Assembly (NCBI GenBank): GCA_965237935.1
Contig: OZ250168.1
Location: 464,218 to 528,217, forward strand
Direction: 5' to 3'
From: Dehalococcoidia bacterium
Lineage (GTDB): Bacteria > Chloroflexota > Dehalococcoidia > Lucifugimonadales > CBDEGW01
Length of the DNA stretch: 64,000 nucleotides
Shown here: positions 18,222-27,692 of the stretch, piece by piece
Numbering within the stretch: the stretch's first letter is position 1
Layout of the letters: every line of letters begins with the position of its first letter
Notes under the pieces: generated by a model
What the model saw: only the letters and a program-made list of their open reading frames with translations
Databases searched by the model: none
What the model was told of the DNA's origin: nothing
Translations under genes and position numbers: made by a program

Positions 18222-19877
18222 TCAGGAAGACGGTTCCGGGTGGTCAGAACCGGAGAGCCGTTCCACCATCACGCCATGCAGAACCTCCCCGAAGCGTATC
18301 GATGAGTCGGCCAGAGTAGTGAAGTCCTCGCCGTTCATGGTCAGGAGGTCGACGGGAGTCAGGGCTCGCACCGATGCCGTGTGACGCACAACCCCATTTA
18401 ATAGGGACATCTCCCCAAAATACTCGCCTCTACCCAGGGTTGCCACCGCCGTCTCCTGCCCATCCTGCTGACGGAAGACCTGAACGCGTCCTTCGAGGAT
18501 AATGTAGAAGCTTCTGGCCAGCTCCCCCTGATGGAAGATAACCTGCCCCGCCTCGTAATGGACTCTGGAGAGCGCTTCACTCCTTGTGGTGCCCTGCTGA
18601 ACGATGTCGCGGGGGAAGAGCAGCGACAGGTTCCAGTCAAGGAGCACTTTTAACTTTCGGTCCAGCCGGGGCAGCTGAAGCCAGTAGTAAGTGCGATACA
18701 TCCACCATGCCAGGAATCCCGATACCTTCCACCTCAAGACCTCGGCGGCGGCGGACCTCTTTCCCAGAGGAACAAAGACCCCCAGGCTCTTGTAGGAGAA
18801 GGATCTCGGCTGGCCTCCGTTGATGACGGCCAACACGTTCCTCGCCACGTGTTTCGCCTCTCTCAGGGCGTATTGGGCCGTGGGTGGACACGTCCCGCCT
18901 TGGCGTATATCGGGGATGGCGGCGCAATCCCCAACCGCCCAGAGGCCAGGATAGTCGGGAACGGCTAGGGTCTCGTCCACCGCTAGGCGTCCCTTGGGGC
19001 CTCTAAGGCACGGCAGCCTGTCCAGCAGCCGGTTGGGAGCGGCGCCCATGGCGGCTATCAGAGTCCTGGTTGAGATTGTGGTCCCATCGCTTAAAATGGC
19101 GCTCTCTCCAGTAGCCCCCGCTATCCTGGTGTTTAGACGTATGTCTAGTCCACGCCGCTCCATCAGCCGGTGGCTGAAGGCGGCCAGACCCTCATTGAGC
19201 TCAGGCAAAATCCGGTCCCCGCCCTGAAGCAGTATGACCTTGATGTCGTTTGGGTCAATATTATTATAGCTTTTGGCTGCTTCCTGGGCGAAGTCGTGTA
19301 TCCCCGCCGCCAGCTCAACGCCGACATAGCCACCTCCCACCACCACAAAGGTCAGCAGGCTGTCCATGTGCTCCGGGTGCTCCTCTACCTCCGCCTGTTC
19401 CAGGGTGCCGATGAGGTGGTTACGCAGGAACAGTGCGTCCCACATGGTCTTGAATGGGAAGGCGTGCTCCGCCAGGCCGGGCATAGAAGAGAGGTCCGCA
19501 CTGCTGCCCACGGCAATAATCAGGTGGTCGTAGGGCAGGTAGCGGTAGTCCTGATGTCCGGGGTGGGTGATGGCGACATAGCGGCCTACCGTATCAACGC
19601 CCTCTACCTCCGCCACATAGAAGTAGGTGTGGGGGCACAGGCGCCGTATGGGATTCACGATATGGGGAGGCTCGATGTCGCCGGAGACCACCTCCGAAAG
19701 CATCGGCTGGAACAAAAAGAAGTTGTTCCGGCTCACCAGAGTGAGGTGTATCTTCCCAGCGCGAGCCGCCTTCTGCAGCTCCAGGGCTGCGTAGACCCCG
19801 CCATATCCACCCCCCAGGATCACGACCCTGGGTGGGGTCTGGCCATCGCCTTCCCTTTTTTTTGAGCGCCCGAACAT
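18222..19877 (-). CDS. ndh: type II NADH dehydrogenase (NDH-2) fused to a C-terminal cyclic-nucleotide-binding domain
   Basis: 551 aa. Two GxGxxG dinucleotide folds (ILGGGYGG, VVGGGYVG), then YFGEMSLL..RHTASVRA, a CAP/cNMP-binding-type beta-roll signature. Confidence 0.85.
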   Translation of the reverse strand: MFGRSKKREGDGQTPPRVVILGGGYGGVYAALELQKAARAGKIHLTLVSRNNFFLFQPMLSEVVSGDIEPPHIVNPIRRLCPHTYFYVAEVEGVDTVGRYVAITHPGHQDYRYLPYDHLIIAVGSSADLSSMPGLAEHAFPFKTMWDALFLRNHLIGTLEQAEVEEHPEHMDSLLTFVVVGGGYVGVELAAGIHDFAQEAAKSYNNIDPNDIKVILLQGGDRILPELNEGLAAFSHRLMERRGLDIRLNTRIAGATGESAILSDGTTISTRTLIAAMGAAPNRLLDRLPCLRGPKGRLAVDETLAVPDYPGLWAVGDCAAIPDIRQGGTCPPTAQYALREAKHVARNVLAVINGGQPRSFSYKSLGVFVPLGKRSAAAEVLRWKVSGFLAWWMYRTYYWLQLPRLDRKLKVLLDWNLSLLFPRDIVQQGTTRSEALSRVHYEAGQVIFHQGELARSFYIILEGRVQVFRQQDGQETAVATLGRGEYFGEMSLLNGVVRHTASVRALTPVDLLTMNGEDFTTLADSSIRFGEVLHGVMVERLSGSDHPEPSS

Positions 19878-21289
19878 TACAACTCCTGCGCCTTTATCAG
19901 GTTAGTCGCTCCCGGCACGCCCACGGGGACACCTGCCGTAATGACCACTTTTTGCCCACGTCGCACCAGCCCGGCTTTTAGCGCGGCAGAGAAGGCGCTT
20001 TCAATCATCTCGTCGGTGTTCCCCATGCTTTCCGACAGTATGGGCACCACGCCCCAGACCAGGGCCAGTCGGCGGTACGTCTTCTCCAGGGGCGTCGGCG
20101 CCAGGATGGTCTGTCGAGGCCTGTTCTTGGCCACCAACCGGGCGGTGCCTCCCGAATGAGTGAAGGTTATGATGCCCGCGGCGCCTATATCCTCCGCCAG
20201 GCTGCAGGCCCCGCGGCTTACCGCATCGGGAAGGGGTCTTGCGCCACCCTCCGCAAACCGCTGCCCCCACGTATCGAAGGGGAACCCCGACTCTACGTCG
20301 CTGGCGATTCTGGCCATCATAGCGACAGCCTCCACCGCGTGCTTTCCAATGGCCGTCTCCTCCGAGAGCATAACGGCATCGGTGCCATCCAAAACGGCGT
20401 TGGCTACGTCCGTCACCTCCGCACGAGTGGGCCGAGGGTTCTCCACCATGGAGCCCAACATCTGGGTGGCCGTGATGACGGGCTTGCCCGCTCGGTTGGT
20501 TTTCTCGATGAGGGTTTTCTGGACCAGGGGCACCTTCTCCATGGGGATCTCAATGCCCAGGTCGCCGCGGGCCACCATGATTCCGTCCGAAGCCTGTATG
20601 ATCTCATCCATGTTATTCAACGCTTCGTGCTTCTCAATCTTGGCGATGAGTGGTATATCGCTGCCGCGTTCCTGGATGAACCGCCTGGCCTCCAGCATGT
20701 CCGATGCGTTTCTAACGAAGGAGAGGGCCACGTAGTCCACCCCTTGCTGGATGCCGAAGGCCAGGTCGTCGCGATCCTTATCAGTCAGACTCGCTACATC
20801 AATGGAGCGTGTGGGCAGATTGATTCCCTTGCGGGAGCTTAGAGGGCCACCTATTCGCACCAGACACTTGACGTCCGTATCGGTGGTCTCCAGCACCTCC
20901 ATGTCCAGAGTGCCGTCGCTGAGCAGGAGAGTGTCCCCCGGCTGCAGCGATTTTGGGAGGTCAGGGTACGTAACGGAAACCAGATGGGCGTCGCCGGGGA
21001 CCTGCCGACTTGTCAAAGTGAACAGTGTTCCGGTTTCGAGAATGACGGAGCCGGCCGCGATAGCTCCAATTCTGACCTTGGGGCCAGCCAGGTCCTGGAG
21101 AACGGCGACGGGTTGACCCAGGCGGGCGGCGCTCTGGCGGATGAGGGCAATGACTTCGCCGTGTTCGGCCTGGGTGCCATGGGAGAAGTTCAGGCGGGCC
21201 ACGTTCATACCCTCACGGATCAGTCGCTCAAGGACCTCCGGAGACCTGGAAGCTGGGCCAATGGTGCAGACGATCTTCGTCCGTCTCAT
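19877..21289 (-). CDS. pyk: pyruvate kinase
   Basis: 470 aa. MRRTKIVCTIGPAS .. MVARGDLGIEIP. The stop overlaps the ndh start (TAATG). Confidence 0.95.
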   Translation of the reverse strand: MRRTKIVCTIGPASRSPEVLERLIREGMNVARLNFSHGTQAEHGEVIALIRQSAARLGQPVAVLQDLAGPKVRIGAIAAGSVILETGTLFTLTSRQVPGDAHLVSVTYPDLPKSLQPGDTLLLSDGTLDMEVLETTDTDVKCLVRIGGPLSSRKGINLPTRSIDVASLTDKDRDDLAFGIQQGVDYVALSFVRNASDMLEARRFIQERGSDIPLIAKIEKHEALNNMDEIIQASDGIMVARGDLGIEIPMEKVPLVQKTLIEKTNRAGKPVITATQMLGSMVENPRPTRAEVTDVANAVLDGTDAVMLSEETAIGKHAVEAVAMMARIASDVESGFPFDTWGQRFAEGGARPLPDAVSRGACSLAEDIGAAGIITFTHSGGTARLVAKNRPRQTILAPTPLEKTYRRLALVWGVVPILSESMGNTDEMIESAFSAALKAGLVRRGQKVVITAGVPVGVPGATNLIKAQEL

Positions 21290-21295
21290 AGGTTG

Positions 21296-21324
21296 AACAT
21301 ACTATCGACTTTGGGCCGTGTCAA
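21296..21324 (-). promoter_or_regulatory. putative pyk promoter
   Basis: On the minus strand: TTGACA (21324..21319), 17-nt spacer, TATGTT (21301..21296). Only 6 nt lie between the -10 and the pyk ATG, and there is no SD. Confidence 0.4.
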
Positions 21325-21429
21325 CTGTTGTGGCAGAGAGAAGCAAGGCCGCGCTGTCCGATTGGAGATAGAGAGAACAACGACAGTTTCCTGAGCCCTG
21401 GGCCCCGCCTTCTTAAACCCTCTTAAAGC

Positions 21430-22101
21430 TCAATCTTGTGTCCGCTCTTTATCCAGCAGCCCGTGCTGGGCGGCGAAGGTGGCCGCCTCGCTGCGACGTG
21501 TGAACCCCAGCTTGTCCAGAATGCGACTCACGTGATTGCGCGCGGTGTTCTCGCTGATGATGATCTTGGCCGCGATCTCCTTGTTGGTTAGTCCCTGGGC
21601 CACCAGGGCCAGCACCTCCCTCTCCCGCCCAGAGAGGAGGGCCACCTCCCGGTCCTGCTCCTTGGCCGACAGGTCTCGGATGCGGGCCAGCACGCGGCTG
21701 GTGACGGCTGGGTCCAGCAGCGATTCACCTTTGGCCGCGGACCGCACAGCGTTGAGCAAATCGGCGCGGCGAGTGTTCTTCAGCAGGTATCCAGTCGCGC
21801 CAGCCATTATCGATGCGAAAACAGCCTCCTCGTCGCTGTAGGAGGTCAGCATCACGACCCTGGTTTCCGGCAGGCTCTCCCGAAGTAGACGGCAAGCCTG
21901 GATGCCATCCATTCCCGGCATACGCACGTCCATGAGGACCACGTCGGGGCGACTGATATCGGCCTCCTGAAGGGCCGCCTGGGCATCCCCCATATCGCCC
22001 ACCAGATCTATGTCCTCCTCCTGCTCCAGGGCCGCCTTCAGCCCCAGGCGCACCACCTCATGGTCGTCCACAATCATCACCTTAATGCGCTCCATGCTCA
22101 A
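21430..22101 (-). CDS. NarL/LuxR-family response regulator
   Basis: 223 aa. Receiver domain (IMIVDDH .. DVVLMDVRMPGMDG) plus LuxR HTH (LSGREREVLALVAQGLTNKEIA). Confidence 0.9.
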   Translation of the reverse strand: MSMERIKVMIVDDHEVVRLGLKAALEQEEDIDLVGDMGDAQAALQEADISRPDVVLMDVRMPGMDGIQACRLLRESLPETRVVMLTSYSDEEAVFASIMAGATGYLLKNTRRADLLNAVRSAAKGESLLDPAVTSRVLARIRDLSAKEQDREVALLSGREREVLALVAQGLTNKEIAAKIIISENTARNHVSRILDKLGFTRRSEAATFAAQHGLLDKERTQD

Positions 22102-23335
22102 CCTCCTGTGCTGGCAGCGTCACGCTGACGCAAGCGCCCTTATCAGGCGTGCTGGATATCTCGATGCTTCCTCCCAGCTCCCCGGTCCGATGACGCATGT
22201 TTTCCAGGCCGTACCCAGGCCTTATAGACTCCGTATCAAAGCCCACGCCATCGTCTCGCACCGACAGCCGCACCCAGCCGGGCTCAAAGGCCAGCGTCAC
22301 GTCGACTTCAGAGGCGTGGGCATGTTTCAGGACGTTGGCCAAGGCCTCCTGGAGGATTCGATACAAGCCGGTGGCTACGGTCACCGACACCTGGCAGGGT
22401 TCGCCATCTATCGAGAGCTTGGTTGGCGTGCCCGCGACCATACGGAACTCCTTGACATGGTTCTCAGCAACGGCCACCAGGTCGCTCTCACCGGAGAGCA
22501 GTGGCTTCAGATCGTAAATGTAGTGGCGGGTCTCCAGAAGGGTGTTCTTGGCCAGAGGCACCAGCTTCTTAAGCTGCTCCCGTAGGGGGCCCTGCTCTCG
22601 CTCCGCCAGGTCGGCGGCCGTCTCCAGGTTGAGGCTCAGGGCGTACATGGACTGAGCAACACCGTCGTGTATCTCCCGGGCGATGCGGCTCCTCTCCTCC
22701 AGGGCGGCCAGCTCCGCCTCCTGGGTTCTCTTCTGAAGCTCCAGGTTCCTTTGAGATTGGAGGATTTCCGCCTCCACCGCCTCCCGTCGCCTGAGTCTTT
22801 CGATCTGGGTCATGAGGTTGGCCGCCACCACAACGGCGAACATGCACACCACCCTGACCGCCAGCTGCTTTTCATCGCCATCAAACAGCATCGATGTGTC
22901 CACACCGGGCTCCATGGCGACGCTCATTCCTATGTAGATTCCCGCCACAACTGTGACGACGGTAAAGCTAATTCGGCGTCGGAAAATCAGAGCAACGCCC
23001 AGGAGCGCTGGGTAGTAGAACACGAAGAAGGTGTTCTCGAACCTGCTGGTAATCAATATGCCCGCGGTGATGATGGTGAGGTCCATCAGGCTCAGCGCCA
23101 GGACATAGGGCCATGTAATGGGCCTGCCCTGGAAAATCCTCCAACTGACGTAGCCGTTGAGGAGGATTACGGCTCCACCCATGACATTGAGGTAGAGAAG
23201 GTTGGACTCATCGGAGCGGTAGTTGATGAAGGAAAGCCAGGTAATCAGGATGAACCACCGCACGACTACGGCTATACGCTGGCTGTAGCGATAGTCGTCG
23301 AAGACCGCGTAGCCGGGGAGCTCCCTCTTCTCCAC
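22082..23335 (-). CDS. membrane sensor histidine kinase (HisKA_3/NarX-type)
   Basis: 417 aa. Multi-TM N-terminus, H-box RIAREIHDGVAQS and HATPase_c region. Overlaps the regulator gene by 20 nt. Confidence 0.85.
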   Translation of the reverse strand: MEKRELPGYAVFDDYRYSQRIAVVVRWFILITWLSFINYRSDESNLLYLNVMGGAVILLNGYVSWRIFQGRPITWPYVLALSLMDLTIITAGILITSRFENTFFVFYYPALLGVALIFRRRISFTVVTVVAGIYIGMSVAMEPGVDTSMLFDGDEKQLAVRVVCMFAVVVAANLMTQIERLRRREAVEAEILQSQRNLELQKRTQEAELAALEERSRIAREIHDGVAQSMYALSLNLETAADLAEREQGPLREQLKKLVPLAKNTLLETRHYIYDLKPLLSGESDLVAVAENHVKEFRMVAGTPTKLSIDGEPCQVSVTVATGLYRILQEALANVLKHAHASEVDVTLAFEPGWVRLSVRDDGVGFDTESIRPGYGLENMRHRTGELGGSIEISSTPDKGACVSVTLPAQEVEHGAH

Positions 23336-23604
23336 AGCACCTTCCGTCAGAATATGCGAGTCAAAAGCCTATTGATTCAAGAAATCGTACCATTGCGCCC
23401 TTGAGGCGCTGCTATTCTCCACAAGTTTCCCATCAAACTAGCACAGTCACGCTATCTGGTCAAGATTACATATGCCGAGCCTGATCCTGCAGGGAACGCC
23501 TCAGCAATAGTACATCCTACCACCGAGAATTGGTGCAGATGTAACTTCTGGCATGGCTCCAACCGGTCTAGAGTGGGGGCAGCAGAAGAAAGGAGGACAC
23601 AAGC

Positions 23605-23877
23605 ATGGAAGGATACTACGCAGGAATGGCTTTGGCGTATATAGGCTTTGTGATTGTGCTGATTATCTTGGGAGTCGGGCTACTTATTGGAGTTGTTGCT
23701 CTTATCGCTGCTCTAACGGGTAGTAAACGCGATAGCCAAGCTAACAGCAGGGATACACAAGCGAGTTCTACACAGGGGTTACCTAATGACCCCGACGTAG
23801 CCGCCCAGAACAAACCCCAACCCAACGAGGAAAGCCCTTCTCTGCCATGGGACTACCAAATGAATTGTTTGTGGTGA
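23605..23877 (+). CDS. small single-pass membrane protein, hypothetical
   Basis: 90 aa. AAAGGAGG 7 nt before the ATG. One long hydrophobic helix, then a polar Pro/Gln/Ser-rich tail. Confidence 0.5.
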   Translation: MEGYYAGMALAYIGFVIVLIILGVGLLIGVVALIAALTGSKRDSQANSRDTQASSTQGLPNDPDVAAQNKPQPNEESPSLPWDYQMNCLW

Positions 23878-24135
23878 TCTTTTCAGCGTAACCGACGGTG
23901 CGGCTCTACTCTGGAGTAGACCAAAAAGGACAAAGAAAAGTTAATCATGGCAATACTCACTGTCAGCTGGAACTACCGCCAGAGCTGGGCGAGCTTGCCA
24001 GAGAGGGTTAAGAAGTCCTCAAAAGGATCAACTCCTAGAAGAGCGCGGGGGGAAACCTACTTGACGCCGTCCTCGCAGCGGGTGTAGCCTAGCTAACCTG
24101 CATCCACTTCCAACGTATATCAGGAAAACGCCATC

Positions 24136-24741
24136 GTGCCCACCAATGAAGAGCCCCTGATAATCCTCTTAGGAGGAGTCCCCGGCTCCGGGAAGACCAC
24201 CATCGCCACCGCCCTGGTCGGCGAGGACCTGGGCATCTCCCACCACATAAGCACCGGCTTCATTCGCGCCTCCATCATGCACCTGCTGTCGGGCCGGGAC
24301 GCCGAGCTGCTGAAGAGCCACTCCTTTGACGCCTATCAGTCGCTGGAGAAGATACCGGAGGGCAGGAGCCCCATCCTTGAGGGGCTTATCCAGCAGACCA
24401 GGGTGATGCTGCCCTCCATTAAAGCCTGCATAGCCCGCGCGCAACGGGAGGGGATCGGACTGGTCCTGGAGGGCAGCCACTTCGTGCCCGGCGTGGTCGA
24501 TCCAGAAGAGGTGGGGGCTACCGTACTCTGCGTGCTGGATGCCCCCGACCTGGAATCCCTTCGCGAGAGGGTCCTGGGGCCCAACCACACCAGGCGTCAA
24601 CTTTCGGAAGAGCAGATGGACCGCCTATTGCGCCTGCGAGAGGAGATCGGGGAGATGGCCCGCGTCCATCGCCAGCCCGTGGTCGTCAACAGGCACGTCG
24701 ACGAGGCCGTGGAGCAGATACGCGCCCAGGCCGGCCGGTAA
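24136..24741 (+). CDS. P-loop kinase, 2-phosphoglycerate kinase-like (COG2074-like)
   Basis: 201 aa, GTG start. GGVPGSGKTT Walker A, ISTGFIRAS and LVLEGSHFVPG resemble 2-PGK family motifs. Confidence 0.65.
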   Translation: MPTNEEPLIILLGGVPGSGKTTIATALVGEDLGISHHISTGFIRASIMHLLSGRDAELLKSHSFDAYQSLEKIPEGRSPILEGLIQQTRVMLPSIKACIARAQREGIGLVLEGSHFVPGVVDPEEVGATVLCVLDAPDLESLRERVLGPNHTRRQLSEEQMDRLLRLREEIGEMARVHRQPVVVNRHVDEAVEQIRAQAGR

Positions 24742-24826
24742 CGCCTTCTCGCGAAAACTTACGGCAAGTGGGTGGGAGAAATGCGTCCTTTGCCGAAAGG
24801 TGCCTCCATATCACTCAGCCTGCTCC

Positions 24827-24854
24827 TTGACATCGGGGGCGCAGGACTTAGAAT
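24827..24854 (+). promoter_or_regulatory. putative promoter of the sdhA-like operon
   Basis: TTGACA (24827..24832), 16-nt spacer, TAGAAT (24849..24854). Confidence 0.5.
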
Positions 24855-24898
24855 GGACTCATAGGATAGACTCACCGCCCAACGGGTAGAGGATACAG

Positions 24899-26557
24899 AT
24901 GCCGGATGTAATCGTGGTTGGAGGAGGAGTGGCCGGGCTACGGGCCGCCATTGAAGCCAAGCGAGCAGGCGCCGACGTCGTCCTCCTCTCCAAGGCCCAT
25001 CCAACCCGCAGCTACTCCATCAACATACAGGACGGCATCAACGCCGCCATCGCCGGGGGGGACTCCCGTGACAGCCACGCCGAGGACACCATCATCGCGG
25101 GGGATTTCCTGGCCGAGCAGGACAGGGTAGAACAGCTAGTTCAGGATGCGCCCCAGATCATCCGGCAACTGGACCAGATGGGCGTGCCCTTCAACCGCAA
25201 CCCTCACAAGGAGTTCGCCACCTTCCAGGCGCCGGGGGCCAGCGGGCCCCGCTGCGCTTATGTCGACGACATGTCCGGCCACGTCCTGGTGCAGGTGCTG
25301 TACGAGCAGGCCCTTCAGGCCAACGTCACCCTTCTTGAGGAGTGGTTCGTCGCCTCTCTGAACATCGATGGCTCCACCTGCCGAGGAGTAACCGCCGTGG
25401 AGCTGAGCTCCGGCAGGGTCCAGCATCTCCCGGCCAAGGCGGTGGTCCTGGCCACGGGAGGTGCCCGCAGGATCTTCGACCCGAGCACGGCTTCTCTCCT
25501 CTGCAGCGGCGACGGCATGGCTCTGGCCTACAGGGGTGGAGTACCCCTGGTGGACATGGAGTTTGTCCAGTTCCATCCCTACGTAGTCAAGGGGACTCCC
25601 CTCGCCCTGAGCGATCTGCTGGTTACCCCGGAGGCCGCCGTGGTCAACAAGGACGGCACCCGGTTCCTAGAGGCTGTCGGGCAAAAGGAGATGACCTATC
25701 GTGACGTGGGAGCCAGGGCCCTGGCCGCCGAAATCCGGGAAGGACGTGGCGAGGACGGCTCCGTAAAGCTCAAGGTCTCCATCGACCCATCCCAGAAGAA
25801 GTCGGTCTTTCACAACACCAGCACCTTCCTCTCCAGCCTGGCAAAGCTAGATCTGGTAGAGGACGGCCTCCCTGTGCGACCCGCCATGTACCGCAACCTG
25901 GGCGGCATAGACACCGACGGCCAAGGCGCCACCGCCGTCAAAGGGCTATACGCCGCCGGAGCATGCGCATGGTCGGGCATCCACGGCGCCAACCTCCTGG
26001 GCGGCGATGAGCTGATGGTCTCGGTGGCCCTGGGCGCCAAAGCAGGGACCGCCGCCGCCGAGTACGCTCGCGGCCTCTCCCCACCCACTGCAAGCGAGGC
26101 TGCCGTCTCCGACCTGGAGACCCAGGTAGACGCTCTCCTGGCCCAGGGAAAAGGCGAAGATACCATAGGCGGGCTCCTTGGCGAGCTCTCCTCCACCATG
26201 AGCGATAAGGCGGGCCTCCTCCGGGACGCCGCCGGCCTGGCGGAGGCCTCGGAGAAGCTCCCGCAGCTAAAGGAGCGATACCAGAAGATAGGCCTGACCA
26301 ACCACAAGAAAGCTTTCAATTTCGAGCTCCCGGCTCTAGTGGAGCTGGGCTTCATGCTGGACACGGCCCAGGCCATCGTTTCCAGCGCCTCGGCTCGACA
26401 GGAGAGCCGTGGCTCCCACTTCAGGAGAGACTTCCCCCAGCGTGACGACCAGCAGTGGCTCAAGCACACCCTGGCTTCATACGCCGACGGAGGTCCCAAG
26501 CTGGACTATCGCCCCGTAACCGTAACCAAATGGCAGCCCAAGCCCAGGGAGGGCTAG
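24899..26557 (+). CDS. SdhA/FrdA-superfamily FAD flavoprotein with a divergent active site
   Basis: 552 aa. VIVVGGGVAGLRAA FAD fold and overall SdhA colinearity. However RSHT is RSYS, P.xHYxMGG is PAMYRNLGG, and HGANRLG is HGANLLG. Confidence 0.85.
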   Translation: MPDVIVVGGGVAGLRAAIEAKRAGADVVLLSKAHPTRSYSINIQDGINAAIAGGDSRDSHAEDTIIAGDFLAEQDRVEQLVQDAPQIIRQLDQMGVPFNRNPHKEFATFQAPGASGPRCAYVDDMSGHVLVQVLYEQALQANVTLLEEWFVASLNIDGSTCRGVTAVELSSGRVQHLPAKAVVLATGGARRIFDPSTASLLCSGDGMALAYRGGVPLVDMEFVQFHPYVVKGTPLALSDLLVTPEAAVVNKDGTRFLEAVGQKEMTYRDVGARALAAEIREGRGEDGSVKLKVSIDPSQKKSVFHNTSTFLSSLAKLDLVEDGLPVRPAMYRNLGGIDTDGQGATAVKGLYAAGACAWSGIHGANLLGGDELMVSVALGAKAGTAAAEYARGLSPPTASEAAVSDLETQVDALLAQGKGEDTIGGLLGELSSTMSDKAGLLRDAAGLAEASEKLPQLKERYQKIGLTNHKKAFNFELPALVELGFMLDTAQAIVSSASARQESRGSHFRRDFPQRDDQQWLKHTLASYADGGPKLDYRPVTVTKWQPKPREG

Positions 26558-26643
26558 TGCCCTATTCGTCAAGTTCTAAGGTCTTGGTCGTAACCGAAAA
26601 ATTGATTAGCCTGACAGCCCACCAGGGGTAACGGAGGCAAGCG

Positions 26644-27597
26644 ATGGAAGTGAAGCTTCAAGTATATAGATACGACTCCGATAATGATGAGAAGGCCTAT
26701 CTACAGGAGTATACGGTGGACCTCCCTGAGGAGACCACCGTCCTCCAGGCCCTAAGTCACGTTCGAGACACCCAGGACGGCTCAATAGCCTTTCGGGGCA
26801 ACTGTCATCGCGGCTTCTGCGGCGACTGCACTCTCAAGGTGAACGGCAGGAGCACCTACGCCTGCATACAAACCCTGGGCCAGGCGGGCGCCAAGGGCGA
26901 AGTCAAGGTGGAGCCCATCAAGTACGTCCAGGTGCTGAAGGACCTGGTCTCCGATACCGAGAAGTTCCTATGGCGAAAGCAGAAAATGAACGCCCCCGGC
27001 ATTGTGGCCGGGGCCAATGGGACGGACGGCTTCTCCGACCAGGAGCTGCAGCAGGTCCGTGTGGCCATGCGATGCACCGTCTGCGGCCTCTGCGACGAGG
27101 GTTGCACTGTCATCGACATCGACCAGGAGTTCATGGGGCCCGCCGGCCTGACCAAGGCCTACCGTTACGCCTTCGATCCACGAGACTCCATCACAGCGCA
27201 ACGACTGAAGGATATCGGAGAGCCCAAGGGCCTCTGGGACTGCGTACACTGCTTCGAGGCCACCGAGCATTGCCCCAAGGAGATAGCCACCACCGACAAG
27301 ATCTTTGAGCTACGGGACAAGGCGGTGGCCATGGGCATCAAGTCCGGCGACAGGAACAAACGTATGGCTCGCCACTACGATAGCTTCGCCAAGTCCATCA
27401 AGAACAGCGGCTGGCTGAATGAGGCCCGACTGACCTTGGAGTCGGAGGGCATCCTGGGCATGGGTAAGTGGATCCCCATGGGGCTCAAGGCCCTGCCCAG
27501 AGGGAAGGCCCCACTGCTCCACCACAAGCGGCCAGATAGCCAAGCGATTCGCAAGATATTCGAGAAGTGGGAGGCCAAGCAGAAGGAGAAGGGATAG
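26644..27597 (+). CDS. SdhB/FrdB-like iron-sulfur subunit with C-terminal extension
   Basis: 317 aa. 2Fe-2S CHRGFCGDC..C, CTVCGLCDEGC, and CVHCFEATEHCP (extra Cys, as in type-E enzymes). Confidence 0.85.
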   Translation: MEVKLQVYRYDSDNDEKAYLQEYTVDLPEETTVLQALSHVRDTQDGSIAFRGNCHRGFCGDCTLKVNGRSTYACIQTLGQAGAKGEVKVEPIKYVQVLKDLVSDTEKFLWRKQKMNAPGIVAGANGTDGFSDQELQQVRVAMRCTVCGLCDEGCTVIDIDQEFMGPAGLTKAYRYAFDPRDSITAQRLKDIGEPKGLWDCVHCFEATEHCPKEIATTDKIFELRDKAVAMGIKSGDRNKRMARHYDSFAKSIKNSGWLNEARLTLESEGILGMGKWIPMGLKALPRGKAPLLHHKRPDSQAIRKIFEKWEAKQKEKG

Positions 27598-27692
27598 CTC
27601 CCTCTTCGATTCTCCCCCTGGATGGGGGAAGGTCAGGTAGGGGGGCACCCACTAAAGTCTATTGGACTCGTAGGTAGGGAGGGAATGTAAAA

